Counted from the stretch's first letter, positions 11,566-22,137 are shown. The stretch: DNA of 64,000 nucleotides from Methanotrichaceae archaeon (GCA_963803145.1 CAWDLW010000023.1:32001-96000), one strand, 5' to 3'. Notes: generated by a model from the letters alone, not told the origin. Translations and numbers: made by a program.

Positions 11566-12744
11566 CTATATAAGTTTCTCCTTTCCAATTTTTCGACTTT
11601 TTCCAATAATTTCCGCCTCAAGCGTCGGATCAAGCTTAAAAGCATTACTGGCCGCTACTATGAATTCTTCTTTGCGACCCAATTTAGCAAATATAATTGC
11701 TTTATTTACCCATGCTATTGCATTTTTTGGATTAAGTGCAATAGCTTTTTCAAATATAACTAATGCTTTTTCATAATTCTTTAATTCAAGTAGGGCAGCT
11801 CCCATATAATTCCATACATCTACATCGTTAGGATCCAATTCTATTCCCTTGTTAGATGCTTCCAAAGCTTCCGTATGCTTGTCGATCATACTGAAGGCAA
11901 GACATAAATTTTTCCATGCATCTTTCATCTTTGGATTAATTTCAGTTGCCCTTTGAAAAGATATTATACCCTCTTCGTATTTGCCTAATGTAGCTAAGGA
12001 TGAACCTTTATTAAGCCAGGCAAGTTCATTCCCAGAATCCAACTCTATGGCTTTTTCAGAAGCTTGCAAAGCTTCAGCATGCCTATAAAGGCCACCTAAT
12101 GCAGAACTTTTGTTAGTCCAAGCTATAGAATCCCTCGGATCTAATCTAATCGCTTTTTCTGCAGCTTTTAGAGCTTCTTTTGATTTACCTAATCGTTCTA
12201 ATGAATTACTCAAATTGCTCCAAGCCATAGCATTATTAGGATCAGATTTAACTGCCGTTTTATAAGCTTCCAGAGCATCTATATCGTTTCCTGTATCACT
12301 TAGCATTGAACCCTTAATAGTCCATAGCTGGGATTCCTTCGGGTCTAATTCTATTGCTCTGCTAACAGCTTTTAAAGCTTCCTCGTTTCTACCTAACTTG
12401 GCAAGAGCAGTACCTTTATTAGCCCAGGCCATGGCATTTCTGGAATCTAATCCTATAGCTTTTTCAGAAGCCTGCAAAGCTTCAGCATGCCTACCCAGGA
12501 TACCTAAAGCATAAGCTTTTTTATCCCATTCAAATTCATCATGAGACTCCGATTTAGCGGCATTCACTGACGGGTTCAGCCCTTCTGCAATTACACCAAA
12601 TGCAGAATCCATTCTTTCTAATTCTAGCGCAAATTCTTGATTTAATTCCATAGTTTTTTTAAAAGCTTCAAGCATTTCATTATTTTTATTGAAATAGTGC
12701 GCCGATAAAGCTAATAATCCCCAAGCTATAGAGAATTTGGGATC
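11566..12744 (-). pseudogene. TPR-repeat protein, 5'-truncated by IS630
   Basis: Repeated AW.NKG..L..LG...EAL.A..KAI.LDP; the TPR frame continues upstream of the ORF-track start (IDPKFSIAW) up to the IS630 end. Confidence 0.8.
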
Positions 12745-13831
12745 TATAGTTAATCCACGTAATTTTTACCTCATAGATACCCTTAAATAATTAATATACG
12801 ATATAGCCGTTCATGGGCAGGAAACCTGTAATTGTAAGACATATCTCGAAGGTAGAATTAGATCAATTGTATAAAGATGAGAGAAACATAAGAATTAAAG
12901 AACGGCTACTAGCGATAATACATTTATACGAAGGAAAGAATGTATATATAGTAGCTGATATTCTTAAACGAAGTGAAAAGACAATAAAGAATTGGCTAAG
13001 CGATTGGAACAAACAAGGATATGATGGATTGATACCACAGAATAGAAACGGCAAAGAACCAATGATATCTTTTGATGAATGGGATAAAATTATCGAAGAG
13101 ATTGAGGACAAAGGAATGACTATAAAAGAGGTAATAAAATATGCAAAAGACACAAGAGGCGTAGAATATTCGTATAAAGGTGGTTGGAAGATTTTAAGAT
13201 CAATAAAGAAAGTCAAATATGGTAAACCATATATTAGAAATAATAAGAGGCCTGTTAATGCAGAAAGTTTTCTAAAAAAAGGATAGATTCAGTAATAACA
13301 ACAGTCAAAGAACCTATTATTGGATTCCTTGATGAAAGCTCTTTGCAACAGCGACCTAATACACGCAGGGTTTTAAACACCCATATGCTAAATTATCAAC
13401 CTGGAAAAGTTAGGTCTAGAACTGTTTTTGGGTTCATTGCATTGAATGGAAATGATGAAGTTATGGTCTCTCACTCATCCAAGAAAGAAGATTTAATGAT
13501 CTTCGCCCAAAAATTGAGAAGTAACAATATTATGAGACCAATATGTATTGTCCTAGATAATGCTAGAATACATCTAGCTAAGAAGTTTAGGGCATTAGCC
13601 CACGAACTTGATATCCATTTAATATATAACGTGCCATATTCCCCTGATTTAAATCCTATAGAGTTCGGTTGGAAGGATTTTAAAAGAGAGATATCAAAAT
13701 ATACTGATTTTGATGAAGCTATTGAGGATGCCCAAGATTGCGCTTTACAAATATTTTATTCCAATAAAGATGGATACTCTAAGTCTTGGATAAAGCAGTT
13801 TATAAGGTAAAAAGTTGGGAGAATGACTATA
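12745..13831 (+). mobile_element. IS630-family element, copy A (ORFs 12813-13286 and ~13283-13810)
   Basis: Imperfect IR TATAGTTAAT..TTTTTACC / GGTAAAAA..ATGACTATA with TA ends; HTH ORF plus DDE ORF (FLDE, LDNA, YSPDLNPIE); A7G slippery run at 13274-13281. Confidence 0.9.
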
Positions 13832-13881
13832 GTCATCCCAAACTCAGATCAGGATAAAGCTTTTGAACTGTAGCCTCTTGA

Positions 13882-13940
13882 AGCCCGCGCGGCGACTGAG
13901 CGCGCTATCGTCACCGTTAGTATTAGCCCCAGAAGGAAGT
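13882..13940. repeat. Structured dispersed repeat R1 (5'-truncated)
   Basis: AGCCCGCGCGGCGACTGAGCGCGCTATCGTCACCGTTAGTATTAGCCCCAGAAGGAAG. Confidence 0.85.
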
Positions 13941-13990
13941 GTCAGCTCTAAATACATTGGCTGGCCCAAATGTGAAGTCAAAACAGTTCC

Positions 13991-14489
13991 TTATTCTCCT
14001 GCAAGCTTCAGAACAGCTTTTCGTGTCTGCTTCGCCAGGCGAAAGCCTAATTCCTGGAGCCTATCGATAGATGGTTCAACTGCTTCCAGGTGCCCCGCAC
14101 GTTTTGCATCCAGCAGTAATCCCAGTGTACCTCTAATAGGTATTCCTTTTGCAGTGGCAATGCGCCGAGCCAGCGCATCATCCAGAAGCGGGAGGGCTTC
14201 CCGGCATTTCAAGCGCCAGCATCAGTACCTGGGATTCACCAGGTCCGAGATCTGTTATTAGGGGCTCTGCTTTTGCGCTGACAGGCACTTGGATCTTGAC
14301 CCAGCTTAGATTCTCCAGCTTTGGCAGGTCTAATCCTTTTGCGATGCCTGCATCCAGTTCAGCTCGGACGGAAGGAGGGACAATAATAGATCCAACAAGG
14401 GCTGGAAGAATCCTCAATTGACCTATCTGATGCAGATATTGCAGTGGCGATGTATTGCAGATGACCTTGGGCAGGGCTTTTTTAGGCAA
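13991..14489 (-). pseudogene. DUF3368 PIN-domain toxin, frameshifted (copy 1)
   Basis: VICNTSPL..L and LGPGES in one frame; LLDD..ARR..A...GTLGLL..AK in another. Confidence 0.8.
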
Positions 14490-14772
14490 GGCTGGTCTCC
14501 GCCTTGAGATCTTCTTCCGTCAAGCGGAAAGTGTCCACGCCATACTTTGCCAGGTTAGCCAAGAATATCGTTCGTGGAACTCCTGCCAGCTTTGCAGCTG
14601 CACCCGAGGATAATTTTCCAAGTTCAAAGAGCTTTACAGCAGCAGCTAATCTCAACTCCTTTCCGAGTTCATCCGGAGACATCTTCATCGCTAACAAGGC
14701 ATCATCCGGAACTTGCAAGACTATCTCGCTCATACGATCTAATCTCTTTTCATTGCTATTGTATTTTTGCAT
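14482..14772 (-). CDS. UPF0175-family antitoxin
   Basis: A.KLFELGKLSSGAAAKLAGV.R..FL; overlaps the DUF3368 start. Confidence 0.85.
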   Translation of the reverse strand: MQKYNSNEKRLDRMSEIVLQVPDDALLAMKMSPDELGKELRLAAAVKLFELGKLSSGAAAKLAGVPRTIFLANLAKYGVDTFRLTEEDLKAETSLA

Positions 14773-14872
14773 CTAGCTTTGTGGTTGATAGTTCATCCTT
14801 TGTTTATAATTACAGCCTGATATCCGACAAATGCAGAATAGTTTATCCTGTCTCAGTTAACCTTGTCGGCTG

Positions 14873-14965
14873 TTTCGAGAGACTTCCCCCAGCGAGGGGT
14901 TAGGGGCAGCCCGCGCGGCGATTGAGCGCGCTAGTAAACCGCTAGTGTTAGCCCCAGAAGGAAGT
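14873..14965. repeat. Structured dispersed repeat R2
   Basis: TTTCGAGAGACTTCCCCCAGCGAGGGGTTAGGGGCAGCCCGCGC...GCGCGCTAG...CTAGTGTTAGCCCCAGAAGGAAG. Confidence 0.9.
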
Positions 14966-15218
14966 ATAAGGATCTTGAATTGTCATAGGCCATAGGAAAG
15001 ATTGAAATGTGCGTTGTCTTAGGTGAACGAGCACTTTCTGAAGAAGAGATTATATAGATAGGGATTATTTATTGTATCAAAGTTATAGGCGAGGCTGTAA
15101 ATCCTAATCGAAGCATATAATTACTAAATAGTGTGCAATAAAGGCATTTGCTGAGAAAATCACATTATGGTCATTGGTGTCCACCAAACACAATGGCTCA
15201 GAGTTTAAGCGAGGCCTC

Positions 15219-15404
15219 TCAAGGATTCTCGCTTTTCTCTGATAATCTCTTTCGAAGAATAAGCCTAGCACCTTCTTCAAATACGTGTGAAATATTTCTA
15301 AATTCACCAGCAGCTACGGCCTCTTCAGCTGCTTTATACGTTTCAGGGCTTATACTAACGCTGAATTTTTTTGTGGGCATCGCTAAAAACAATGCTGCGC
15401 CCAT
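15219..15404 (-). CDS. Ribbon-helix-helix (CopG-like) regulator
   Basis: KKFSVSISPE...GEFRNISHVFEEG pattern. Confidence 0.75.
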   Translation of the reverse strand: MGAALFLAMPTKKFSVSISPETYKAAEEAVAAGEFRNISHVFEEGARLILRKRLSEKSENP

Positions 15405-15705
15405 CTAAATAGTTTTCTCACCGAGTATTACCAACAACCTTAAATAGAAATATGACCAGGTATTATTTTGGTGGACATCAATGAATGGAAAGACCCATCT
15501 AGAGGAAGCTATCCTTGTCTCTCAGATCAGGGAATCAATTGCACAGAAGTTGATTGGAAAGTATTCAACAACTTTTCTATACAGGATCGAAATTATCTGG
15601 CCCTGTTCAATATTAATCCAGATCGTTGAAAATAGTTTTCTGAATACCCTAACGACGAATGTCCTAGGCTCCTCTCAGGATATTCCAGAAGCAGAGGCGG
15701 TCTAA

Positions 15706-16284
15706 ATGCCCTCCCCAAACAATCCCGAAAGCGCCGTTCCGCTAGCAATCGATCCAGCAACCACATCCATATTATCAGAGCTGACCACATCACTAGCCGA
15801 ACTTCAGCCCCTCGCCCCCAAGATCGCCGATCTGAAAAATGAAACCCTGGAAAAAGAAGCCGCAATCCTGAAAGCAATCCTGGAGAAGCTCACGCATCTG
15901 GTGCCTCTGCTGAGCGAAGACTGCGAGCAATGTTACCGCCGTGAGATTGTCATCCTGACCGATGAGGAGAGAGTTCAGCTTGATGATTTTGGCTTTTTCA
16001 GCGAGCACAGGCTGATTCTCTACGAGAACGGCCTGCTGGTGAGGACTCACCGCTATGGCCAATCTATGGATCATGGCCAATCAATGGAAGCTTCACACGT
16101 AGGATGGGAGAACACCGATGAGGATGTGCTTACTCCTGAGGCGGCTATAATCGCATTCGGTTTCACGGCCATTTCACAGGGCTTGACAAAGGCTCTTGAA
16201 GAGGCATCATCGATGGCTGCACTCAAAGAGATGCTTGAAGAAGATGTAGCGGCTTTAACTAAGGCATTGGAGGCTCTATTATAG
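15706..16284 (+). CDS. Hypothetical protein (paralogue of 22491-23075)
   Basis: Intact ORF conserved in a second copy (CEQCYRREIVIL..HRLILYENG). Confidence 0.8.
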   Translation: MPSPNNPESAVPLAIDPATTSILSELTTSLAELQPLAPKIADLKNETLEKEAAILKAILEKLTHLVPLLSEDCEQCYRREIVILTDEERVQLDDFGFFSEHRLILYENGLLVRTHRYGQSMDHGQSMEASHVGWENTDEDVLTPEAAIIAFGFTAISQGLTKALEEASSMAALKEMLEEDVAALTKALEALL

Positions 16285-16496
16285 GCAGCTGCTGACCTGA
16301 TGGCAGGAACCACAAGCATTCGATTGCATCGAGCGAGACCGTCCATAGCTAATAGTAATTGCCTCCACTCGAAAGCTTCAAAATTTTAGCGTTCTCATAG
16401 GCCGCATCATACATCTCAGCTTGATCATATTCTCATACTTGCAAAATCATTATATGGGTTGAATGGGATAAATGGGTAAAAGAGTTGATTGAAAGG

Positions 16497-16760
16497 ATGC
16501 CGCTTGCCAAAATGGATGACCGGGGGAGGCTGCAGCTTCCCAGCGACCTAAGGCATAAAATGAAGCTCAAAGAGGGCGACGAATTTGTTGCAGAGAAGCT
16601 TGGAGAGGATACGATTCTTCTAAAGAAGATTAACATAAGAGCACTGCTGGAAGATGCAATAGAAAAGGCTAAATCCGTAGATCTTGACAAGCTGGAAAAA
16701 GAGATTGAGGAGGAAAGCAACCAGCTTGCCCGAAAGATGTACAAGGTATCTTCTAGATAA
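16497..16760 (+). CDS. AbrB/MazE/SpoVT-family antitoxin
   Basis: KMDDRGRLQLPSDLR..MKLKEGD. Confidence 0.9.
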   Translation: MPLAKMDDRGRLQLPSDLRHKMKLKEGDEFVAEKLGEDTILLKKINIRALLEDAIEKAKSVDLDKLEKEIEEESNQLARKMYKVSSR

Positions 16761-17166
16761 TACCCTCTTTATTGCCGCAGTCAAGAAGGGCTGGACTAAG
16801 AGCACTGAACTAATCTATACTCTTCTAGATAGCCCAGTGGAATTATTTGCCAATAAGCTCCTTATTTTCGAATACGAGAAATATGCCAGCGCCCTTCATA
16901 CCTATGAACTTTTAGAGCACTTGAAGAAGACTATGATTTTGGTAAATCCTTCTCAGGAAGAAGTCGATGTATGTGCAGCGTTCTTTCCTGAAAACGAGCT
17001 ATCGGATATAGTTCACGCAGCTACTTGTCTTTCAGTTGGTGCAATCCTAATCACCAATGATAACCATTTCAATAAAATTAAAGAAGCTAGGTTGATTGAG
17101 GCCTGGAGCATGACAAAGGCGATAAAGCGGCTTCTAGGAGAAGATAAGGATTATGAAGACAATTAG
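16726..17166 (+). CDS. PIN-domain (VapC-like) toxin
   Basis: YLLDNT, EYE, DIVHAA, LITNDNHF; probable TTG start after GAGGAGG. Confidence 0.85.
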   Translation: MPERCTRYLLDNTLFIAAVKKGWTKSTELIYTLLDSPVELFANKLLIFEYEKYASALHTYELLEHLKKTMILVNPSQEEVDVCAAFFPENELSDIVHAATCLSVGAILITNDNHFNKIKEARLIEAWSMTKAIKRLLGEDKDYEDN

Positions 17167-17188
17167 CACATGATAGTTCTTGAAACAT

Positions 17189-17479
17189 TTAGGCAAGGCT
17201 TGCCTCCGCCTTGAGATCTTCTTCCGTTAGGCGAAAAGTATCCACGCCATAGTTTGCCAGGCTGGCCAGGAATATCGTTCGTGGAACTCCTGCAAGCTTT
17301 GCAGCCGCACCGGAGGATAGTTTTCCAAGTTCAAAGAGCTTTGCAGCTGCAGCTAATCTCAACTCCTTTCCGAACTCGTCTGGAGACATCTTCATAGCCA
17401 ATAAGGCATCATCCGGAACTTGTAAGACTATCTCGCTCATACGATCTAACCTCTCTTTATGGCTATTGTATTTTTGCAT
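17189..17479 (-). CDS. UPF0175-family antitoxin (orphan copy)
   Basis: Near-identical to 14482-14772 but lacks the downstream DUF3368 gene. Confidence 0.8.
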   Translation of the reverse strand: MQKYNSHKERLDRMSEIVLQVPDDALLAMKMSPDEFGKELRLAAAAKLFELGKLSSGAAAKLAGVPRTIFLASLANYGVDTFRLTEEDLKAEASLA

Positions 17480-17574
17480 ATAGCTTTGTGGTTGATAGTT
17501 CATCTTTTGTTTAACAGCCAGATATCCTACAAATACAGAACCGCCCATCAGGTCTCTGTTAACCTAATTGCCTG

Positions 17575-17668
17575 TTTCGAGAGACTTCCCCCAGCGAGGG
17601 GTTAGGGGTAGCCCGCGCAGCGACTGAGCGCGCTATCGTCACCGTTAGTATTACCCTCAGAAGGAAGT
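17575..17668. repeat. Structured dispersed repeat R3
   Basis: Matches R2, with the compensated stem change GGGGC/GCCCC to GGGGTA/TACCCT. Confidence 0.9.
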
Positions 17669-17932
17669 ATAATGCTTTTGAATTTAATAGCAGACCTAAG
17701 CACTGAACCAATTAGCACTGAACCAATTATTCCATGATCGATCGTAAGAGAAGCCCATCAGGGTGAATATAGTAAATGAATGCGGACTAAGGAAGATGAT
17801 TTGGGATTAAGTACTTAGTGAGACGGTAGCCATAAGATAATGCAATCAGATAGATCTGAGGTATATTAGTACTCTTACTGAGGCATAATAAATGCAGCAA
17901 TCTCTTCATCCCTGAAGGCAACTATAATTCCG

Positions 17933-18265
17933 ATGGATAAATTCGAAGCCCTGAGAGAAAAAGTGCTAGTTAGCTCAGGCCATACGTTAAACGCAATTGC
18001 CGTTTTCGGCTCCTTCGCCCGAGATGAAGAGACCCGAAGAGAGCGATATAGATCTAATGGTCGAGCTGAAGCCGCGAGAGCTGGCCCATGCTTGGGCTTG
18101 AAGTGTTTGGCCTGGAAGAAGAGCTGAGCCGAATCCTGGGCAGAGATGTAGAATTGGTGACAGAGCGGGCTCTTAGCCCTTATATAAAGCCGTATGCAGA
18201 GATGGATATGGTTATGCTCTATGAAGAAGGATGATTATGTATATCTTCGCCATATACTCGATTCA
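17933..18265 (+). pseudogene. Minimal nucleotidyltransferase (MNT) pseudogene plus HEPN/DUF86 N-terminal stub
   Basis: IAVFGSFAR..E...SDIDL broken by frameshifts; MKKDDYVYLRHILDS stub at 18221. Confidence 0.75.
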
Positions 18266-18422
18266 GGCTTAGAATGGGTCGACCCATTTCCATCGATTGG
18301 CGGGGCTTCGATTACGGTCTCCATAGGGCCGGTTTCGATTGTCTAAGCTCATCATCATAACAAGGTTATCATAGAACATTTTCACCTAGACTTTAAATAA
18401 TAAGAATCCATAGGTAGTATCT

Positions 18423-18605
18423 ATGTGTGAGAGTTTGGAGCGCAAGACTATAACTCCCCAACTTCCCTACGATCAGGAAGAGCCAGGTGAGGATGAGGAG
18501 ATCACCCTTGCACTTATGAAGCTCTCAGCTCTATCACTGCAGGATTTCTTAGAGAGCGAACCAGATATCTATACGGACGATGATCTTAAAGTCAGATACC
18601 GATGA
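18423..18605 (+). CDS. Small acidic antitoxin-like protein
   Basis: LS..SL.DFLE.EPDIYT..DLK tail; ATGA overlap with the MazF gene. Confidence 0.7.
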   Translation: MCESLERKTITPQLPYDQEEPGEDEEITLALMKLSALSLQDFLESEPDIYTDDDLKVRYR

Positions 18606-18949
18606 AAGGTGATATCGTCCTTGTTCCTTTCCCAAACTCCGATTTGAGTACATGGAAGCGTAGGCCAGCGTTAATCCTTTATGAAGATCTTATAGAAAAT
18701 GAGACTACAATTGCTTACGTATCATCGCGTATCCCTATAATCCCAGCTTCTAGCGATATTCTGATAACAAGAGGAACGCGGTCTTTTAATGAGTCTGGCT
18801 TAAAGTGGAACTCAGTTATAAAATTAAATAAGATAGCTGCTATTAAAACCCATTTTATTGCCGGATTGCTTGGTGTTGCGGATGAAACCTTGAAGGCTGA
18901 AGTTAATAGGGCATTGGATGCTTGCTTAAAGTTTCCAGCAAAATTGTAA
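18602..18949 (+). CDS. MazF/PemK-family toxin
   Basis: MKGDIVLVPFP.SD....KRRPALI, GLK..S.I. Confidence 0.9.
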   Translation: MKGDIVLVPFPNSDLSTWKRRPALILYEDLIENETTIAYVSSRIPIIPASSDILITRGTRSFNESGLKWNSVIKLNKIAAIKTHFIAGLLGVADETLKAEVNRALDACLKFPAKL

Positions 18950-18957
18950 GGTTCTAT

Positions 18958-19212
18958 TTAGCTCCGGGCATACTCCAGATCCACTTCCAGCTCCGTCTCT
19001 CCATAATGGCGCTTGATCTTACGATGACCTAGAAGTTCCTCGAATTGCAAGCGTGCCAAGCCACTCAGTGCTGCAGCTTTGCCGGAAGAAAGCACTCCAT
19101 GCTGGTAAAGAGCCAAAGCTAGCTCTTTGTAAAGCTCTGCTTCAACATCATCAGGGGGAACTCTGAGGGCGTTTGCTACGTCTTCGGGAATCTTCAATGT
19201 GGGGGCACCCAT
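18958..19212 (-). CDS. UPF0175-family protein
   Basis: ALALYQ.G.LSSGKAA.LSGL.R..F.ELL. Confidence 0.8.
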   Translation of the reverse strand: MGAPTLKIPEDVANALRVPPDDVEAELYKELALALYQHGVLSSGKAAALSGLARLQFEELLGHRKIKRHYGETELEVDLEYARS

Positions 19213-19397
19213 GAATTTATGCACCTCTTCATAATTCTCGCTCGGATTATTTTTTAAGCTTTGGGAACAATAATAACAAGATTGGATTCGACCTAGAGCT
19301 TTAAGTCGGATGTGACACGTAGAAGGGCGTTAAAATACGATGGAATCACCATCAATTCCGCCATAGACATAAGAATAATGAATACTGTTATTCTACT

Positions 19398-19784
19398 ATG
19401 AAAATCAAACTGACAAGTGTATTTGTAGACGACCAAGGCAAGGCTCTCAAGTTTTATACAGAGGTCTTGGGCTTTGTTAAGAAATCGGATGTTACAGCAG
19501 GGAAATACAGATGGTTAACGGTTGTTTCGCCTGAAGAGCAAGACGGTGCCCAGTTACTTCTTGAGCCTAAGGATAATCCTGCGGCAAAATCCTACCAGGA
19601 ATCTATTTTCAAGCAAGGTATTCCCGCCGCTATGTTCTTCGTTGATGATATTCAGAAAGAGTATCAGAGACTGAAGAGACTTGGAGTGAAATTCACAATG
19701 GAGCCGACAAAAACACCCGGCTCGACTATTGTCGTGTTTGATGATACCAGCGGAAACCTGATACAGTTAGCTCAGCTTGGGTAG
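19398..19784 (+). CDS. VOC/glyoxalase-bleomycin resistance family protein
   Basis: VFVDDQ.KALKFYTEVLGF ... FDDTSGNLIQL. Confidence 0.9.
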   Translation: MKIKLTSVFVDDQGKALKFYTEVLGFVKKSDVTAGKYRWLTVVSPEEQDGAQLLLEPKDNPAAKSYQESIFKQGIPAAMFFVDDIQKEYQRLKRLGVKFTMEPTKTPGSTIVVFDDTSGNLIQLAQLG

Positions 19785-19894
19785 GATTTCACAGATAACG
19801 TCAGCGTGACAAAGTTGATCCTTTGAGGGTTATCAGTTTAGGCATTGCCGCAGCCGATCTATCCTGCAAATCAAGGGACCTGGGCAACGAAGAC

Positions 19895-20127
19895 TAGACG
19901 AGATAGGAACCGATAACAAATTCATGTAGAGTATATTTCCCTTTTTCGCTTTCAAAGGGAATAATCAGGTATTTTCATTTTTCAATTCTCTCGATGTATC
20001 CTCGCTTCTCCAATCTTGTGAGCATTATTTTCAATGTGCTTTTATCAATCCGAGTCTTTTGATACATTTGGTCAATTGAAAATATCTTGCTCCCTTTTGC
20101 CATAGATTTGAGATCCTTAATAGCCAT
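19895..20127 (-). pseudogene. AbiEi-like (type IV TA antitoxin) N-terminal remnant
   Basis: Manual translation MAIKDL..IFSIDQ.../LTRLEKRGYIERIE/KYLIIP..KGKYTLHEFVIGSYLV, with frameshifts. Confidence 0.6.
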
Positions 20128-20257
20128 GCAACCCACTGTCTTGATTTTCCCCTTTAATACACCAAAGTTATCATAATGTTAATTTTGGTGTATACAAGGG
20201 GGAATCTTGTGAATTCAAATGAATATAACTCCTCTCAATCAACCTAATAGCACGCGT

Positions 20258-20349
20258 TTTCGAAACCTTCCCCCAGCGAGGGGTTAGGGGTAACCTGCCC
20301 GGCGACTGAGGGCGCTAGTAAAACCCCTAGTGTTAGCCCCGGAAGAAAT
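20258..20349. repeat. Structured dispersed repeat R4
   Basis: Matches R2, with the compensated change GCGC/GCGC to GCCC/GGGC. Confidence 0.9.
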
Positions 20350-20422
20350 TGCAAGGCTTCTAAGATATATTAGTCAGCCCAAACTCAGATCAGAATAAAG
20401 CTTTTGAACTGTAGCCGCTTGA

Positions 20423-20481
20423 AGCCAGCGCGGCGATTGAGCGCGCTATCGTCACCGTCAGTTTTAGCCCCAGAAGGAAGT
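20423..20481. repeat. Structured dispersed repeat R5 (5'-truncated, same left flank as R1)
   Basis: 20371-20481 matches 13830-13940. Confidence 0.85.
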
Positions 20482-20751
20482 TTATTGCCTTTGAATTTAA
20501 TAGCAGGCCCAAGCACTGAACTAATTTTTCCACGATCGATCGTAAGAGAAGGTCATCAATGTGAATATAGTAAATGAACGCGGACTAAGGAAGATGTTTT
20601 GGGATTGAGTACTGAGTGAGACGATAGCTATACGGTAATGCAAATTTAAGTAGATAGAATGCAAGCAGATAGATCAGAGGTATATCAGCACTCTTACTGA
20701 GGCGCAACAAATGCAGCAATTTCTTCATTCCTGAAGGCAACTATAATTCCG

Positions 20752-21062
20752 ATGGATAAATTCGAAGCCCTAAGAGAAAAAGTGCTGCCTTTGCTCAGGC
20801 CATACGTTAAACGCAATTGCCGTTTTCGGCTCCTTCGCCCGAGGTGATGAGACTCCAGAGCGATATAGATCTAATGGTTGAGCTGAAGCCGCGAGAGCAG
20901 CGCCCATGCTTGGGCTTGAAGTGGTTTGGCCTGGAAGAAGAGTTGAGCCGAATACTGGGCAGAGATGTAGAATTGGTGACAGAGGGCGCTCTTAGCCCTT
21001 ATATAAAACCGTATTCAGAGAGGAATATGGTTATGCTCTATGAAGAGCCTCAAAGCTTTTAG
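20752..21062 (+). pseudogene. MNT antitoxin, frameshifted (paralogue of 17933)
   Basis: MDKFEALREKVLPLLRPYVKR / IAVFGSFARGDETPESDIDL across a frameshift. Confidence 0.75.
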
Positions 21063-21168
21063 CGTTCTCATAGGCCGTATCATACAGCTCAGCCTGATCT
21101 TATTCTCATGCCCTGCAAAATCGTTATATGGGATGAATGGGTTAAATGGGTAATGGAGTGATTGAAGA

Positions 21169-21432
21169 ATGCCGCTCGCCAAAATGGATGATCGCGGGAG
21201 GTTGCAGCTTCCCAGCGATCTGAGGCATAAGATGAAGCTCAAAGAGGGCGACGAATTTGTTGCAGAGAAGCTTGGAGAGGATACGATTATCCTTAAAAAG
21301 ATTAACATAAGAGCGCTGCTTGAAGATGCGATAGAAAAGGCTAAATTCGTGGATCTTGACAAGCTGGAAAAAGAGATCGAGGAGGAGAGCAACCAGCTTG
21401 CCCGAAAGATGTACAAGGTATCTTCTAGATAA
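21169..21432 (+). CDS. AbrB-family antitoxin (copy 2)
   Basis: Near-identical to 16497-16760. Confidence 0.9.
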   Translation: MPLAKMDDRGRLQLPSDLRHKMKLKEGDEFVAEKLGEDTIILKKINIRALLEDAIEKAKFVDLDKLEKEIEEESNQLARKMYKVSSR

Positions 21433-21838
21433 CACCCTCTTTATTGCTGCTGTCAAGAAGGGATGGACTAAGAGCACTGAGCTTGTCTATGCTCTTCTAG
21501 ATAGCCCAGTAGAATTATTCGCCAATAAGCTCCTTATTTTCGAATACGAGAAATATGCCAGCGCCCTTCATACCTATGATCTCTTGAATCACTTGAAGAG
21601 GACTATGATTTTGGTCAATCCTTCTCAGGAAGAAGTCGATGCATGTGCAGCGTTCTTTCCTGAAAACGAGCTATCTGACATAGTTCACGCAGCTACTTGT
21701 CTTTCAGTTGGTGCAATCCTAATCACCAATGATAACCATTTCAATAGGATTAGAGAAGCTAGGTTGATCGAGGTCTGGAGCATGACAAAGGCGATAAAGC
21801 GGCTTTTAGAAGATGATAAAGATTTTGAAGATAGTTAA
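21398..21838 (+). CDS. PIN-domain toxin (copy 2)
   Basis: Near-identical to 16726-17166. Confidence 0.85.
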   Translation: MPERCTRYLLDNTLFIAAVKKGWTKSTELVYALLDSPVELFANKLLIFEYEKYASALHTYDLLNHLKRTMILVNPSQEEVDACAAFFPENELSDIVHAATCLSVGAILITNDNHFNRIREARLIEVWSMTKAIKRLLEDDKDFEDS

Positions 21839-21947
21839 GTATACGATTGCCCTTGAGATGATTTCTTTATCCGATACAGTTTCTTATTCTGTTATAATTC
21901 TATGAGCCAAATCGTCCATCTGCCTCAATCAACCTTATAGCATGCGT

Positions 21948-22040
21948 TTTCAAAACCTTCCCCCAGCGAGGGGTTAGGGGCAGCCCGCGCGGCGACTGAG
22001 CGCGCTAGTAAACCGCTAGTATTAGCCCCAGAAAGTAAGT
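21948..22040. repeat. Structured dispersed repeat R6
   Basis: CTTCCCCCAGCGAGGGGTTAGGGGCAGCCCGCGCGGCGACTGAGCGCGCTAGTAAACCGCTAGTATTAGCCCCAG. Confidence 0.9.
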
Positions 22041-22137
22041 ATGAGGCCCTTGAATCATTGGACCCGATATGGTTATCTTTAAGAGCGACAAAAATTTTAT
22101 TGCATCTCAACTCACCAAGAAGAGATGCAGGGTGGGC

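Noticed and set aside
13274-13281. Split IS630 ORFs as pseudogenes or novel recoding
   Set aside because: A two-ORF layout with an A-run frameshift is normal for IS630 and occurs in both copies.
14873-14965. R repeats as tRNA genes, hammerhead ribozymes or canonical attC sites
   Set aside because: No T-loop or anticodon arm despite GGGGC/GCCCC, no CUGANGA core, and the AAC..GTT interval is not one long imperfect palindrome.
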